This document shows positions 37,997 through 50,720 of a stretch of DNA of 64,000 nucleotides, one piece after another; position 1 is the stretch's first letter, and each line of letters begins with the position of its first letter. The stretch covers positions 104,470,001 to 104,534,000 of the forward strand of contig OX597820.1 in the NCBI GenBank assembly GCA_951406725.2. The letters are read 5' to 3'. The DNA is from Octopus vulgaris (lineage: Eukaryota). Under the pieces are notes generated by a model, which had not been told where the DNA came from, did not search any database, and saw nothing but the letters and a program-made list of their open reading frames with translations. Made by a program: the position numbers and the translations under genes.

Positions 37997-38510
37997 TTTA
38001 TGGATTCTGATCTTAACTGATTGGAAGTGTTATCATGTACGTGTTTTGTCTTGGTGTAAAAGATGGGCCACAGCAAATATTCTGCTCAGTACTGCAGATT
38101 TGCTTGTCAGTTGCTTGATCTTCACCAGTTAAGCATGACCCTTGGTGGCTGACAGTATGTACATCTCTGATCACGAGCAGGAGTAGTAGGGGGAGCATCA
38201 TAATCATGTGCTGAGAGGGATTCTTTGGGGTTTTAATTATTCACCTCAGGAAACATGGATGTTTTGTTCATCATCCTTAAATAAGGGGCTTTTTGAACGG
38301 GATGGCTCACTCGACCTGATGAAAATTCTAACTGGGTCATGCACTTTTTATCTTGATATGAGATCACTATGTCGCATACATATGGTTGTGATGCGTATAC
38401 CTAGCGTAACCTTATCAGATGGGTAGTCATGATGGGTGTATTGGGCTTCGTATATTTGTACCCCAATGTCACTTTGATAGCATGCGCTGCTCTTCCGTTC
38501 AATAATAATA
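37997..38510 (+). mobile_element. Probable retroposon 3' region ending in (AAT)n
   Basis: GC-richer block with a sharp end in aataataataa. Only one copy in the window; family not assigned. Confidence 0.35.
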
Positions 38511-39233
38511 AAAACTCTGGTAATAGATTATGTCCTTTAATGATAGCCAATGCCTAGATATTAGCATTAACTGGGTGGTAATTTATGTTTATTATTCAAG
38601 GGTGGAAAAGAAGGGTTTAAAAGAAATAGGAGCGATTATAGTGGCTGTGACAAAAAATGAAAAACAAAAACAAAATTAGACTTTCCAATGCACGTTGTTT
38701 GGCCATGTGATGGTTGGGATTAGCAACATTGTGTATCCTATGAACGTATTTTATAGATTAGGATCAAAACAGCTTGAGTGATTTAGACGGATTAATCAGA
38801 TTAGGAACATATCCTTCGTTAGTCCATTCACTTTTCGATTTGGTGTGGTGTTGATTCCTCTGTTATGTCGGAGCGGCGAGAAAGAGAACAGAATTTGTGT
38901 TTAGATGTGATAGATGTGAACTCAAGCGTGATGAATTTACTTCAGAGACTGGAATCCACTGAAGTTGGCTTCGATTGGTGAAACCGCATTCGGTGAGTTA
39001 TGGTTTAATCCCCTTATTTTGATTTTGTTGAATCTGTTGTGACCATGTGAGAAAACAAAGCAAAAATTGGTGAAATAGTAAAGCAGGTGTATATATTTGC
39101 ATTCATCTGGTGGGTAACTTTCTTATGGAGAACTAGGGTACGCCACGATACACTAATTACTATACAGTACTAGTGGGTAAATCTTTAACTATTGTAATAA
39201 CTGTATAGGGATAATGACTTTTACAGCGAAGAA

Positions 39234-39234
<1 letters not shown>

Positions 39235-39269
<35 letters not shown>

Positions 39270-39455
39270 CCCCAATCTTCGCTTGACAACCGATGTTGGT
39301 GTGTTTACATCCCCGTAACTTAGCGGTTCGGCAAAAAAAACGATAGAATAAGTACCGAACATACAAAGAATAAGTCATGGAGTCGATTTCTTCGACAAAA
39401 AGGCGGTGCTCCGGCATGGTCCAGTCAAATAGCTGAAACAAGTAAAAGAGAAAAA
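39235..39455 (+). mobile_element. SINE family A, 3' half
   Basis: (TG)n then cgcttgacaaccgatg...ctgaaacaagtaaaaga. Confidence 0.87.
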
Positions 39456-39660
39456 GAATATATATATAGGATAATAACTAGATTGAGTGATGGATTAAAC
39501 CAATATGTTTTCCTTTATTTATGTTTCTTCTGAATGGGTGGAGGGACCGTCTCAGTACTTTAAGTTTCTTGCTCAAGACGCTTCTCACTAATGTTTGGTT
39601 GTAATGAAATGTATCTCTGTCGACGATATTTCTATCTTAAGATAAAATGAATGCGAAAAA

Positions 39661-39980
39661 GTGGTTAGAGCGTCGAACTTACGATCGTGAGGTTGTGAGC
39701 TCAAATCCCAGACCGGGCTGCGTGTTGTGTTCTTGAACAAGACACTTTATTTCGCGTTGCTCCAGTTCACTCAGCTGTAGAAATGAGTTGCGACGTCACA
39801 GGTGCCAAGCGGTATCGGCCTTTGCCTTTGCCTTGGATAACACTGGTGGCGTGGAGAGGGAAGGCCGGTATGCATGGGCGACTGCTGGTCTTCCATAAAC
39901 AACCTTGCCCGGACTTGTGCCTGGGAGGGTAACTTTCTAGGTGCAATCCCATGGTCTATGTCATGACCGAAGGGGGTCTC
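39661..39980 (+). mobile_element. SINE family C variant with a different 3' part
   Basis: gtggttagagcg...cccagaccggg...gtgttcttgaacaagacacttt...cactcagctgtagaaatgag. Confidence 0.75.
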
Positions 39981-40353
39981 AGAAGATAAAATTAATATTA
40001 TTCAACTGACATTGACTACTAGGTTCCTACTTATAACTGGGATCGGATGGAATTCTTATGAATATTCACTCTTTTACAAATAGAGATATAATCAATATTC
40101 TAAACAACACATTCAAGATTCTTCTATTTGAACATGGCACCTTTCATTGTGTTCGTGGTGTATCTTTTAAATAAGCCACTTTCGTTCTATTTGTTCCAGG
40201 TGCTTGCAATGATATTTAAAATTTTCGACTGTATGTCCATTATATAACATTTTTATGTTCCATTTTTCACAATCGTCTGAAGCTCGGAAGTGAGAAACTC
40301 GGAGTAACGACTAGTGAAGTTTCAGCTTCCAATAAATTACACACACACACACG

Positions 40354-40399
<46 letters not shown>

Positions 40400-40759
40400 C
40401 GGGTGTGTGCAAAAGTAAATATACAGTTATGAAAAAGAGAAAACACGTACAATACTGATATATTTTTATCAAACAAATTAAATTTTAGCCTCATATTTTA
40501 CATATTCAGTGTCATTAATCATAATAATACATTTAACATAACTCTAATAATACTTTTATCGTAACTTAATTTTGGGGATAAAAATGAGTATTTTACGGGT
40601 TTTCTTTTTTCATATGTACTTATCAAACTAAGTGCCAACGCACGAAACTCTCGTACCATGAGTCTGCTTCTGCTATATAAATAAATATATGGATGCAACT
40701 ACACACCCATACACGGACATACTCGTGTATATATTTACATGAATATAAGCATACAACTA

Positions 40760-41044
40760 TATGCATGTATGTATGTATGTATGTATGTATGTATGTATGT
40801 ATGTATGTATGTATGTATGTATACGTATGCATGTATGTATGCATGTATGTATGTATGCATGTATGTATGTATGTACGTATGTATGTATGTACGTATGTAT
40901 GTATGTATGTATGTATGTATGTATGTATGTATGTATGTATACGTATGTCTGTATGTATATATACATTTTGCCGTTTATTTCTTCCTTGTGCAACATCTTT
41001 TGTGTGTGTATGTGTGTGTGGGGTGAGAGAGAGAAAGAGGAAGA

Positions 41045-41110
<66 letters not shown>
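40760..41110. repeat. (ATGT)n and (GA)n microsatellites
   Basis: Seen directly in the sequence. Confidence 0.95.
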
Positions 41111-41112
<2 letters not shown>

Positions 41113-41325
41113 AAGAAAAAGTTTTTGCATTTTGCCTCGTCTGCTTCGTAAATTATATTCTCAGTCAAAAAAAAATTATGGTTTGTGACTGTAACTTCTA
41201 TTTGCTGTTGTTGTTACCATCTTCATAATCGGAGGGTTTTTTTTTTAGTGTGTGTGTGTCAAGTTATTTTAGACTTCAACAGGACGAAAATGTTTGTTTT
41301 TGTATTAATATTATTACTATTATTA

Positions 41326-41457
41326 GGTGAGTTGGCAGAATCGTTAGCACGCCGGGAAAAGTGCTTAGCGGCATTTCATGTCTTCACGTTCTGTGTCCAA
41401 ATTCCGCCGAGGTCGATTTTGCCTTTCCTCCTTTGGGGGTCGATGAAATAAGTACCA
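41326..41457 (+). mobile_element. SINE family B, cut at its 3' side by the MITE
   Basis: Head and core up to aagtacca. Confidence 0.85.
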
Positions 41458-41462
41458 TCTTC

Positions 41463-41903
41463 GGATCTTTTCGGTTTGAACGGCAGTTTTTTCTAGCGGT
41501 GTCATATGAAATTGTCACCCATAATTATGACCCTAGAATCAATCTATTGCATTTCAATCTGTTTTAAGGTTAGGGTTAGTTAGGGTTAGGGTTAGGGTTA
41601 GAGGTGGGGGGAAGGGTATCTTTTTTTCTTCAGAAATGTAAATAAACCCAATCTGTTTCTTAAGCGAGGGACATATTCATACGGCACAGAATGGTTTTTT
41701 TACCTCAATGGATGTCATTGATTGGTTGAAATTGCAGAAATTGAAGAAAAACAACAACAAATGTCTTACAAACCATAGAAGTTTCTCAATAAAGCCAAGA
41801 GAAAAAGATGTTTTATAAACACATTCTACCAGTATACGAAGTTTAAAATTTTTTAGTTACCTAGAAATTATGTTAAAAACTGCCGTTCAAACCGAAAAGA
41901 TCC
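41463..41903 (+). mobile_element. TTAGGG-containing MITE, complete copy
   Basis: Both TIRs and several TTAGGG units; no TSD recognisable. Confidence 0.92.
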
Positions 41904-42201
41904 CGGTAGTGTAATACACACCGCTGTTAAATAAACCGAAGCATTCTAACAACACGTCACCGTTAAACACACCGGAGTACACTACCAACACTTCCTTTTA
42001 AGGACAGCGTTACAGATAAAAAGCTTAATGACACAAGAAATTTTCAGGTCATGCGCGCCCTAAGGCATTTAGTGACCGAAAAATATAGGAATGGGGATAA
42101 TGGAATAAAACCGTTAGGCTTCCACGAGATAATCAAAGCCTCGTTATGAATGTACAGAGCAGTAGCCGTACAGGTGAAGTAAAATAATTTAACGTACGAA
42201 C

Positions 42202-42560
42202 TTTCGGTTTGAACGGCAGTTTTTTAAAATTATTTCCACTTTTAAACTTCATATACTGGTAGAATGTGTTTATAGAACATCTTTTTCTCTTGGCTTTATT
42301 GAGAAAATTCTATAGTTTGTAAGATATTTGTTGTTTTTTTTTCTTCAATTTCTGCAATTTCAACCATTCTGTGCCGTATGAATATGTCCCTCGTTTAAGA
42401 AACAGATTGGGTTTATTTACATTTCTGAAGAAAAAAGATACCCTTCCCCCCACCCCTAGCCCTAACCCTGAAACAGATTGAAATGCAATAGATCGATACT
42501 AGGGTCATAATTATGGGTGACAATTTCATATGACACTGCTAGAAAAAACCGAAAAGATTC
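42202..42560 (-). mobile_element. TTAGGG-containing MITE with clipped TIRs, flanked by a 24-bp duplication
   Basis: Reverse complement of the 41463 copy with small deletions. Confidence 0.9.
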
Positions 42561-43881
42561 AAATAATTTAATGTACGAACTTTCATATTGAGAAATTATG
42601 TCCACGATGGCATTTTCGGCAGCCTAGGGTAATACCGAACCGATCCTGTTTCATTGTTATTTAAAAATTAGCCAGTATTTCTTCACCTCTTCTTTACAAA
42701 CCTACCAGCGATTACTAATTCAAATGGAAACAAAATTTGTGACTGGAACAGCTAACAGCTCATTTACTCGACTGTTATAATGAATCCACATTCAGCTGGA
42801 GTTTATTTCTTTTTTCATACCCGGGCTCCACGTTGCTTTTCATGCCACTAGGTACTCCAATAAAATAATTACATGTTGTATGATGTCAAGTCATTAACTT
42901 TTTGCTTGCAAAAAAGAGGAGTCTTCGAACCAACGAGGAAACCTATACATGATCGTTCGTCCTGCAAGAAATAGGAACCAAATCTCCCTCAAATCGCCCC
43001 CTACCGTCTTTAAAAGGAGTCATGTTGGATAATCAGGATTGACCTAGAGGCTAGACGTCGACCATGTCTTTTGTATGGCTATCTTGGAATACATTATACA
43101 ATGTGTCATTTCCTGATGTAAGGCGTTAGGGTGAAATACGAGAGAGATTTGGCTTCCATTTCTAACAGATTGTGTGACCACGTTAGTTCCTCCCTCGTTG
43201 GTTTTATAGATGATGTAGAGGTTGGTAAGCGTATAGAGACTACTTGCTTTCCTATTAATATGCTGTGAATCTACTTGCAAATAACTTTAGAAATATCTGC
43301 TGAATTTTGGGGAAGATAACTTTTAACTCTCACTTTTGCATTAACAGAAACATAGACCGACTTGAATTTCTAGACGAAGGGTTAGACAATGAGCTTGACC
43401 TGAAGGGAAGGGTTCAAGTGATGTATAGCCATCAGTTAAGTCATCTACGGTGGTCTGTTATTTTAAGATTATTTCTCCTGTTCTTTCAGTTGGTGAGCCC
43501 GCTTCTTCTTTTTTTTTTTAAAGCTAAATATTAATCTCGTCCAACTCAACAAGTCTGTAAGTGTCAACAAAGTATATGAGTTATGCTTCTTCTCTGAAAC
43601 TAGAATGTAAAAACAAGAAAACGATATTTCAGATGTTTTAATCTCAAATAGAAAGTACAGCGTACAATGAAAATGACGTAACACATATCGTTAGAATTAA
43701 TATCAAAGGAAATAATTGTGTATAAAGAGATTGCTTTAATTACATTTAAGTAGTCTAACAGAGAAAACCTGAGAAGACCTGTCTGGTTCTAAATTAAAAG
43801 TGAGCGCTAACAAATTCGAAATCGCGATGCTTCGGTTGTCTAGAGATTATACAGAATTGTATAGTGGCTGATTAATTAAAC

Positions 43882-44170
43882 CAGTGGTTGTCAACCGGGG
43901 TCCATATAAGATTTTAGGGGGCCCACAGAAGCAAAACAGTCCATGAAAATATTTTGCAATAGATGTATTTATTGCAAGAAACAGCTAGGTTTCTTTCTCT
44001 AACGTTTTACATAATTCGACCTACACAAGTAATTGTGTGATGGACAAAATAGTAATTTTGGAAGAAGTATCTATAAAATTAGTTTTTAAGCTTTGAATGG
44101 CTATGAGGGACCACCAGAATAAAATAATAACCAAAGGGGTCCATAGACAAAAAATGGTTGAGAATCATTA
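43882..44170. mobile_element. hAT-type MITE (related to 35529-35782)
   Basis: cagtggttgtcaacc...ggttgagaatcatt; flanks aattaaac / aaacaaac match at 6/8. Confidence 0.75.
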
Positions 44171-44229
44171 AAACAAACATTACAAATGCTTTGCTTCCTG
44201 CAAAAACTGCAAAAACTATTTAGAGATAT

Positions 44230-44668
44230 TGCACGCTTTTCGTCTGATGATGACTAAACCCACTGCAACGTAGGAAACTCTTCCGCCACGTTAGCACGTA
44301 TCTCAGGGTCACAAAGCGTTTCGCTCCTCAAATTTATGCTTCGCCAGAGTTGGGCAGTGAGGACTAAATTAGCTTTCGCTTGCAAGAGGGATCCAGCTGC
44401 AGTCTCTTGTCAATCACAACCACCTTGAGCTAGTTTCAGCTGCCATGCCTATCTCCTTGCTAGCTTTCTCCACTTGTGTGAATTCCAAACCAATCTTCTG
44501 CAGAAAGAGTGCATTGAACTTGCGTTAAAACCGCGGCAGCCGACTTCAAAAGTGAATGCTTTTCATAAGAGCCTCCTCAACTAAATCCTGGTATTTGACT
44601 TTCTTCAGTTGGGGAAAAATGTGAAGTCTATCCTCACGGGGCATTGTGAGTTCAGTCACATATAGTCA
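44230..44668 (-). mobile_element. HERO-like (R2 group, RLE-encoding) non-LTR retrotransposon 3' fragment
   Basis: Manual minus-strand translation across two frameshifts gives ELTMPREDR..KKVKYQDL..FEVGCRGF..AAETSSRWL*L, typical of the C-terminal restriction-like endonuclease. A putative 3' UTR follows. Confidence 0.75.
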
Positions 44669-45190
44669 CCCACCGCAACGTTACAAATATTTTCATCTAG
44701 AGAATTGTACAATTACAGATTTCTTTAGAAATTTATGTATCGTGTGGCAGATTCTCTTATCTTTTCATGGGTGATTAAATCAGCTACGCTTTGTGTTATC
44801 CAAACTCTTGTCTGAATGTTTTTGGCTCTAGTAATAAAAAGGATGGGAGAAGATAAAAAAAAACCCAAAATCCCAGTTGAGGTAACGTGACCTTTTAAAC
44901 TAATGGTTTCGTATCGTATAGTTCTTCTCTATCTTATCAGTCCATTCATATTGGATTATTTGTATTTTTCTTCTTTTTACATTGTTTCTTAATGGCTATT
45001 CATCTTCAGGTACCAGTGTGAAAAATAAGACACAAACAAATTTAGGAAATAAAAGCCAAATTCGTGAGTGACAGATAAACTGACAGACATTCGTCTATTT
45101 TATATGTTAACCGTTCATCAAAGCTTTGCCACTAGTGGAAGGTTATTTGGTTGTAAACACCATAGCACTGTAATGTTTATGTGACTATGT

Positions 45191-45256
<66 letters not shown>

Positions 45257-45509
45257 CCGGGAAAAGAGCCATTAATCAAAATTCACGCTAGGAGAGCGCA
45301 AAAAGAAGGCAGAAAAAATATCCATCATTCCCCTCGATTTTATCGTTCAGTACAAGGTTACTTGTGCCTTGCCCCCCCATCCCCCTGGCAGTTTTGAACT
45401 TAACCTGATACCTTCTTTCCTACTCCCTTCCTGTCGCACTCTCATTTTGACAGTTCTGTCCGGGAGGTAACTGGAAACGGTTCTACGCATGTGTGCGCGA
45501 GCGGCGATG

Positions 45510-45598
45510 GGTGGCCGTGTAGTAAGAAGTTTGCTTTCCAATCGCAAAGTTTCAGGTTCAGTCACACTACGCGGCACCTTGCGACAGGATCTTCGACT
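45510..45598 (+). mobile_element. SINE family A head
   Basis: gtggccgtgtagtaagaagtttgct...ggttcagtcacactacgcggcaccttg. Confidence 0.75.
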
Positions 45599-45616
45599 GT
45601 ACGTATATGTGTGTAC

Positions 45617-45681
<65 letters not shown>

Positions 45682-45682
<1 letters not shown>

Positions 45683-45807
45683 TTTATTTAAAGCGGCAGA
45701 AAATTCAACAAAACCTGTTACTCTAAGTTTCCCGTTGCCGTTCATGAACGGCAACGGGAAACTCAGAGTAACAGGTTTTGTTGAATTTTCTGCTGCTTTA
45801 AATAAAG
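45682..45807. repeat. 126-bp spacer-less palindrome (63-bp arms, 2 mismatches)
   Basis: Centre at ttca|tgaa (45744/45745); arms compared by eye. Confidence 0.95.
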
Positions 45808-45875
45808 CATATTACTCTACCACTGGTATTTGAGTACTCTGTTTCCACCTTGTTTCACATTTATGTGTTTACTCC

Positions 45876-45952
<77 letters not shown>

Positions 45953-46130
45953 GTGTGTGTATGTATGTATGTATGTATACATATATACATATATACATAG
46001 ATAGATATATACATATACAGAATGAAGAGAAAATGGAGAGGTAATTAATATAATTATTAATTAATAACCTTCAAAGGTAATAATTATTAAAATTATAAAT
46101 TAGGGTATCTACGAGATACAATCATGCTGA

Positions 46131-46443
46131 AAATAGCAGCCATGATCTGACTCTAAAACCACCTTAATTTGAACTGGCCATGATGCATACGTGCATATAT
46201 ATGTGGGTATACGTTCGTATATGTAAGTATTCGTATGCTGTGCTTTTATATATATATATTTATGTTTCTCTTCTGTGTGTATTCTACTGACGAGGCAAAG
46301 CATTACTAAATGCTAGGTCAGAAATCCGAGATCTAGAATTATCCGGTAATTTTTTACTAGTTTCATCTTGTCTCTCTGTTTTATCTCCGTGTTGATATAT
46401 GGACAATTAAGGTGGTTTTAGAGTCAGATCATGGCTGCTATTT
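46131..46443 (+). mobile_element. Non-coding element with perfect 39-bp inverted repeats enclosing a hammerhead
   Basis: aaatagcagccatgatctgactctaaaaccaccttaatt (46131-46169) and its reverse complement (46405-46443). Confidence 0.75.
46281..46339 (+). ncRNA. Type I hammerhead ribozyme motif
   Basis: ATTCTA-CTGACGA-GGC(AA)AGCATT(ACTA)AATGCT(AG)GTC(A)-GAAA-TC(CGA)GA-TC^TAGAAT. Predicted cleavage is after C46333. Confidence 0.8.
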
Positions 46444-46543
46444 ACATCAACCCCAGTGTTCAACTGGTCCTTATTTTATCAACCCCGAAAGGATGAAAGG
46501 TAAAGTTAATCCTGTAGTTGCCTAGAAAGCACACGCACGCGCG

Positions 46544-46591
<48 letters not shown>

Positions 46592-47230
46592 ATACATATA
46601 TAATACCCAAAATACCCTGCAGACTGCGACATTCAAATAGAATAGAAATAAAATTTTAAAAGCTATTCTTTCTTTGCTACCCAGTGCTTGGGGTCCCTAC
46701 ATCAATAGGCTATGATGACACAAAGCTTGGCTAAAACATGACTTAATACATTCTAACAGGTGGAGTTAATAAGTTAGGTGTAGCCTGAGCCAATTTTGGT
46801 CGAAACGTATCTAAGTTTAAGAAATTACCTTTGTCTTTATATGTTAACGAGTAGAAAGTGATATTCTACGACCAGCTCAATCGTTCGAATTTTCGGCTTG
46901 TGAGCATTGCCTTGATGCCCCCTGAAGGGGAAAATGTATGTCAAAACCCGGATAAACTGAAAACTGCTATGAGTAAGTAAGGAAACTTCGGCAGATTCTC
47001 AAGACATGATGTAATGAGTAATGCAGGACTTCTAGGTTAGGTTTACAAGTACGTGGGTGAAACAATGGGAAAATTTGGGTGACATTATTTTAAAAACTAA
47101 ATGAACAGTTACCTATGTGTTAGTAATATCGTAATAAATAGCATACATTGTTCTGTACACTTAAACAATAGAAGTTGCTAACATCCTATATTTACCAACA
47201 TTGTATTCATTTAAACACCATCAGATTTCG

Positions 47231-47276
<46 letters not shown>

Positions 47277-47307
47277 TATATATGAACACATTCATACATA
47301 TATATAT

Positions 47308-47367
<60 letters not shown>

Positions 47368-48124
47368 GTATATATATATGAACACATACACACACATATA
47401 TATCATATATATATATATGAACACATACATACACATATATATCATATATGCAAATCCACATACAGTCACATATACCGTTCTTGTCATTTATCCTCAGTTA
47501 AGAAGGATATTCTAGTAGCAATGACTAACTGCTTCGTCTATTTTTTAAAAAAAATCATATATCTATTTCTTGGCTTATATTGTATCTTTTAGCATACGTC
47601 TATACCTTGGCTTACATTATTCAATAAATCCTTCCTCCTTTAAGACGACTGGATATGTTTCTCTGGCGATTCGACGGCTATTTCCAGTAAGTAGATCAAC
47701 CGGGTAGAAAGTCCTATCTTAGTGGCTCCTAACCACAATCTGTTTACGTTGTTGCTGGTGTCCCGTCGGCCATTAAGAAACATTTAGACAATATCTCCAA
47801 ACTCATTTATAATTAGCTTCGACTGACAACCTGTGTTCATTAAAATAAAATAAAAAAACAAAGGAATGGCTAAAGAATTCTCCCGGTAATTTGTGGTTTA
47901 TCAAACGATCAAATCACTCAACATGTTTGATTAAAGTTAATTGAAACGAACTACGATACAGCCTCTTTTCCTTAGATTGCTTTTCATTTCAATCTGTTAA
48001 TTATTAAGTACATGTTTGGAATACTAATAAAACTAACAAAAATAGTCGTTTTCGCCTCAAATTGAGTGTAGTGGAACGAAACCTGCTTTACTCAATCTCT
48101 TTTTTTTTATCGTTTATCTTGGCT

Positions 48125-48456
48125 CAGCCATTAGACTGCAGTCAAGCTGGGGCACCGCCTTGAAGAATTTTAGTCGAACTAATCGACCCCGGTACTTTCT
48201 TTTTAAACCAGTTACTTATTCTATGTCTCTAAATTCCGGTGACGTAAGCACAACACCGTATTGTCAAGAGGTGGTGGAGAACATAAACACATATACGACG
48301 GGTTTCTTTCAGTTTCTGTCTATCAAATCCACTGAAAAGGCTTTGATCGGCTCGAGGTTATGGTAGAAAACACTCGCCCGAGGATTCACACTGTGGGACT
48401 GAACCCGGAACCATGTGGTTGGGAAGCAAACTACTTACCACACAGCCGTGTCTGCA
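48125..48456 (-). mobile_element. SINE family A, diverged
   Basis: Head (gggactgaacccggaaccatgtgg) and tail recognisable. Confidence 0.82.
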
Positions 48457-48552
48457 CTATCTGTACTGACCTAGAATATAGATGACACAGGAAAATATAT
48501 TTTGGCTGAGTGGGGCGTCACTTAAATCGATTTCAATTATTGACTGTTACCA

Positions 48553-48733
48553 GGCGCTGAGCTGGCAGAATCGTTAGCACGCCGGACAAAAGTGCTTAGC
48601 AGCGTTTCTTCTGGCTTTACGTTCTGAGTTCAAATTCTGCAGAGGTCGACTTCGCCTTTCATTCTATCGAGGTCGATAATAGACTAGCCCTCTCTCCAAA
48701 ATGTCAGACCTTGTGTCTGTAGTGGAAAGAAAT
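48553..48733 (+). mobile_element. SINE family B, tail type 2
   Basis: gagctggcagaatcgttagcacgccgg...caaaatgtcagaccttgtgtctgtagtggaaag. Confidence 0.85.
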
Positions 48734-48834
48734 CACTGACTGGCACTTTGATTAACATGCAGTTTAGGGGTTTAAACAAATGTAAATAAATTGACCGGAG
48801 GTGACGATAGTAAAACCTAATAATTTTATGTAAA

Positions 48835-49230
48835 GGATCTTTTCGGTTTGAACGGCAGTTTTTTCTAGCGGTGTCATATGAAATTGTCACCCATAATTAT
48901 GACCCTAATATCGATCTATTGCATTTCAATCAGTTTTAGGGTGAGGGTTAGTTAGGGTTAGGGGTGTCGGGAAATGTATCTTTTTTCTTAAACGAGGGAC
49001 ATATTCATGCGGCACAGAATGTTTTTTCACCTCAATAGACGTCAGTGATTGGTTGAAATTGCAGAAATTGAAGAAAAACAACAACAAATATCTTACAAAC
49101 GATAGAATTTTCTCAATAAAGCCAAGAGAAAAAGATGTTTTATAAACACATTCTACCAGTATACGAAGTTTAAAATTTTTTAGTTACCTAGAAATTATGT
49201 TAAAAACTGCCGTTCAAACCGAAAAGATCC
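48835..49230 (+). mobile_element. TTAGGG-containing MITE with both TIRs
   Basis: ggatcttttcggtttgaacggcag...ctgccgttcaaaccgaaaagatcc. Confidence 0.92.
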
Positions 49231-49934
49231 CAGCTCATTAGTCGTGCAGGATTATTGCATTGCTCACATGCAGTTGTGTTAGCTATCACGTTTCGATACG
49301 TAAGCCACTATTGTGTTCGTTGTTGAATGTAGTACGTTGGAACAGTCTACCTCAGCTCCTATTTCGGAAACTACATAAGATATCACTAGAAAAATTTATC
49401 AAGTTCCATCCTTCTGCTTACCTTTAAAGAGGATATTCTCAGAAAAGTAAAATTCTCAAAATGTCGAAGAATATGTTTTAAATATTATTCACTAAACAAG
49501 ACCAGAAACAGTATATTGGCCATTTACCCCTCCTCCACCTCAAAACAAAAAGTGAAAGGTGAAGTGATCACATTTTAGACACCCTCGATCAAATATCTCC
49601 TCTAATCAACGACAGCCTTTTTAGATTTTGTAATTTATGTAATTTAAAAACTGTAGAGCTGCTTTTCTGAGATACTTCGACGTCAAAAGATAATTATAAA
49701 TCAAACAAATGAATTATAACTTTAGATGTTATCCAGAATGGAACATGGGATTAAAGCTTCCTATGAACAACTTTTTTTAAGCAGCTCCTTTGTGTATTTT
49801 GCTATCGGCAATACATTTTATTTACTGTATTTTGATTGATTAAGCTTTTAATCTTTTTTCAGTCCAACGCGCTCTGAGTTTCGTGTTTCAACGGTTATCA
49901 ATAGTTTAATCTCTGTCTAGCAGAGCCCGAGTAA

Positions 49935-50300
49935 TCTCTATATATAAACGGCAAAATGTCTGTGTGTGTATGTGTCCTTTATACAAATCCACAATTTTTC
50001 GGTTAGAGGGCTCGCACTTTCTATGGTCATTCAAAACCGTCCAAGTGTGGTCGTGCACATCTTTACATTTCCCCAGTCACCCTGCAAAGCCATTAAAAAA
50101 CCAGTAGAAGTGACTTTTTTGTGAATTTTCTATCCAAAACCCAATCAAAATGGCCAAAACTTGATATGCAAATTGAATGCCAGCTAGCTGTATGTGATTG
50201 GTCGGAGATTTGGACAGTACTCGCGTGTATGTGCGCACGCACGCAGCTGTATATGCATGCACTAGCACTATGACCCGGCAACGCCGGGTCATAGTGCTAG
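49935..50300 (+). mobile_element. Non-autonomous Helitron
   Basis: A|TCTCTATATATAAAC ... hairpin ... CTAG|T. Confidence 0.88.
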
Positions 50301-50539
50301 TACTTAAATATTAGTCATCAGAAACTTTTTATTGTTGATGTTCAGACACTGATTAGCCCCGATCGAACAGAATAAGGATCAAAGCCAATCCAGCTGTAAC
50401 CATCCTGTTGTTTTAGGTGTTTCAGCGATTATGAACATTTTGATCTTTGTGTGTGTGTGTGTGTGTGTGTATGTGTGTGTGTGTATGTATGTATGTATGT
50501 ATGTATGTATATGTAGGCACTCTTTCGTTTTGACCCAAG

Positions 50540-50720
50540 TGTGTGTGTCGTTCCACTACTGTTTGACAACCAGTGTTGGCGTGTTTACAACCCATAATTT
50601 AGCGTTTTGGCAACAGTTTGCTAGAATAAGTGCCAGGCTTTAAAAAAATTAGTACTGGGGGTCAATTCATTCAAATAAAAATTCTTCAAGGCCGCAGTTT
50701 AATGACTGAAACAAAGATAT
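50540..50720 (+). mobile_element. SINE family A, 3' half (diverged)
   Basis: ttgacaaccagtgttggcgtgtttac...gccgcagtttaatgactgaaac. Confidence 0.75.

Noticed and set aside
46705-46815. Possible long-stem-II hammerhead (tagg-ctatga...ggtc-gaaacgta-tcta)
   Set aside because: The core lacks a canonical CUGANGA and the pairings are short; insufficient evidence.
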